This document shows, one piece after another, positions 63,895 to 64,000 of a stretch of DNA of 64,000 nt. How positions within the stretch are numbered: the stretch's first letter is position 1; the number at the start of each line of letters is the position of its first letter. The DNA comes from a virus. Position numbers and translations under genes: made by a program. A model generated the notes under the pieces. That model saw only the letters and a program-made list of their open reading frames with translations. It had not been told where the DNA came from and did no database searches. The stretch covers positions 20,703 to 84,702 of the IMG/VR virus record IMGVR_UViG_3300019776_000461; one strand, given 5' to 3'.

Positions 63895-63956
63895 TTTGAT
63901 ATAATTGCGGAAATGGGTATATTTGTATGTAAGATTAAAAACAACCAATAAGGAAA
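63895..63956 (+). repeat. Promoter-leader-RBS cassette copy D
   Basis: TTTG-N19-TATATTTGTATGTAAGATTAAAAACAACCAATAAGGAAA (one mismatch in the 32-bp core). Confidence 0.9.
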
Positions 63957-63964
63957 TAAAAGTT

Positions 63965-64000
63965 ATGTTAAGAGAAATTAAAAACTTCGTTGAGATATTA
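63965..64000 (+). CDS. Start of a gene running off the window (MLREIKNFVEIL...)
   Basis: ATG at the usual distance after cassette D. Confidence 0.55.
   Translation, partial: MLREIKNFVEIL

Noticed and set aside
62762-63956. 32-bp repeats as a CRISPR array
   Set aside because: Copies are hundreds of bp apart, in both orientations, separated by whole genes, and contain promoter and RBS
1-64000. Alternative genetic code (TAG/TGA recoding as in some large phages)
   Set aside because: Conserved genes are full length in code 11; nrdJ ends at TAG right after its C-terminal motif, and TGA also ends genes
1-64000. tRNA, rRNA, integrase or transposase genes
   Set aside because: Intergenic gaps are short, and I saw no cloverleaf/T-loop signatures or recombinase motifs; a tRNAscan/Infernal run would confirm

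Overview
A gene-dense, AT-rich 64 kb segment of a large (jumbo-type, T4-like module) dsDNA bacteriophage using standard code 11. Almost all genes are on + until 62.2 kb. Order: baseplate/tail genes (0-9.9 kb, starting with a partial 2257-aa protein carrying about 20 copies of a 44-aa repeat); a short PolA-like gene; a block of probable virion proteins; a T4-like replisome (SSB, RecA/UvsX, 5'-3' exonuclease, DnaB-like helicase, PolB, clamp, clamp loader); class II RNR; an operon encoding thioredoxin, a divergent thymidylate-synthase-like enzyme, AsnB, a PLP enzyme and dUTPase; three paralogous SPPY DNA methyltransferases interleaved with the replisome; DUF1599; MetK; a 14-gene glycosylation island (glycosyltransferases, methyltransferases, an epimerase); and small genes driven by repeated promoter-leader cassettes at the right end. 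Two promoter classes are visible: TTTG-N19/20-TATATTTG (Bacteroidota/FCB type) and TA(T/C)TTATA (putative late). The best candidates for undescribed biology are: (1) a probable new pyrimidine-modification pathway (TS-like + amidotransferase + PLP enzyme); (2) unrelated enzymes sharing an N-terminal MxKLxx(I/L)LxE peptide resembling a capsid-targeting sequence; and (3) among these, a T3-type SAM-lyase-like protein in a genome that also encodes SAM synthetase and three methyltransferases. All family calls come from motif recognition by eye; no database searches were run.
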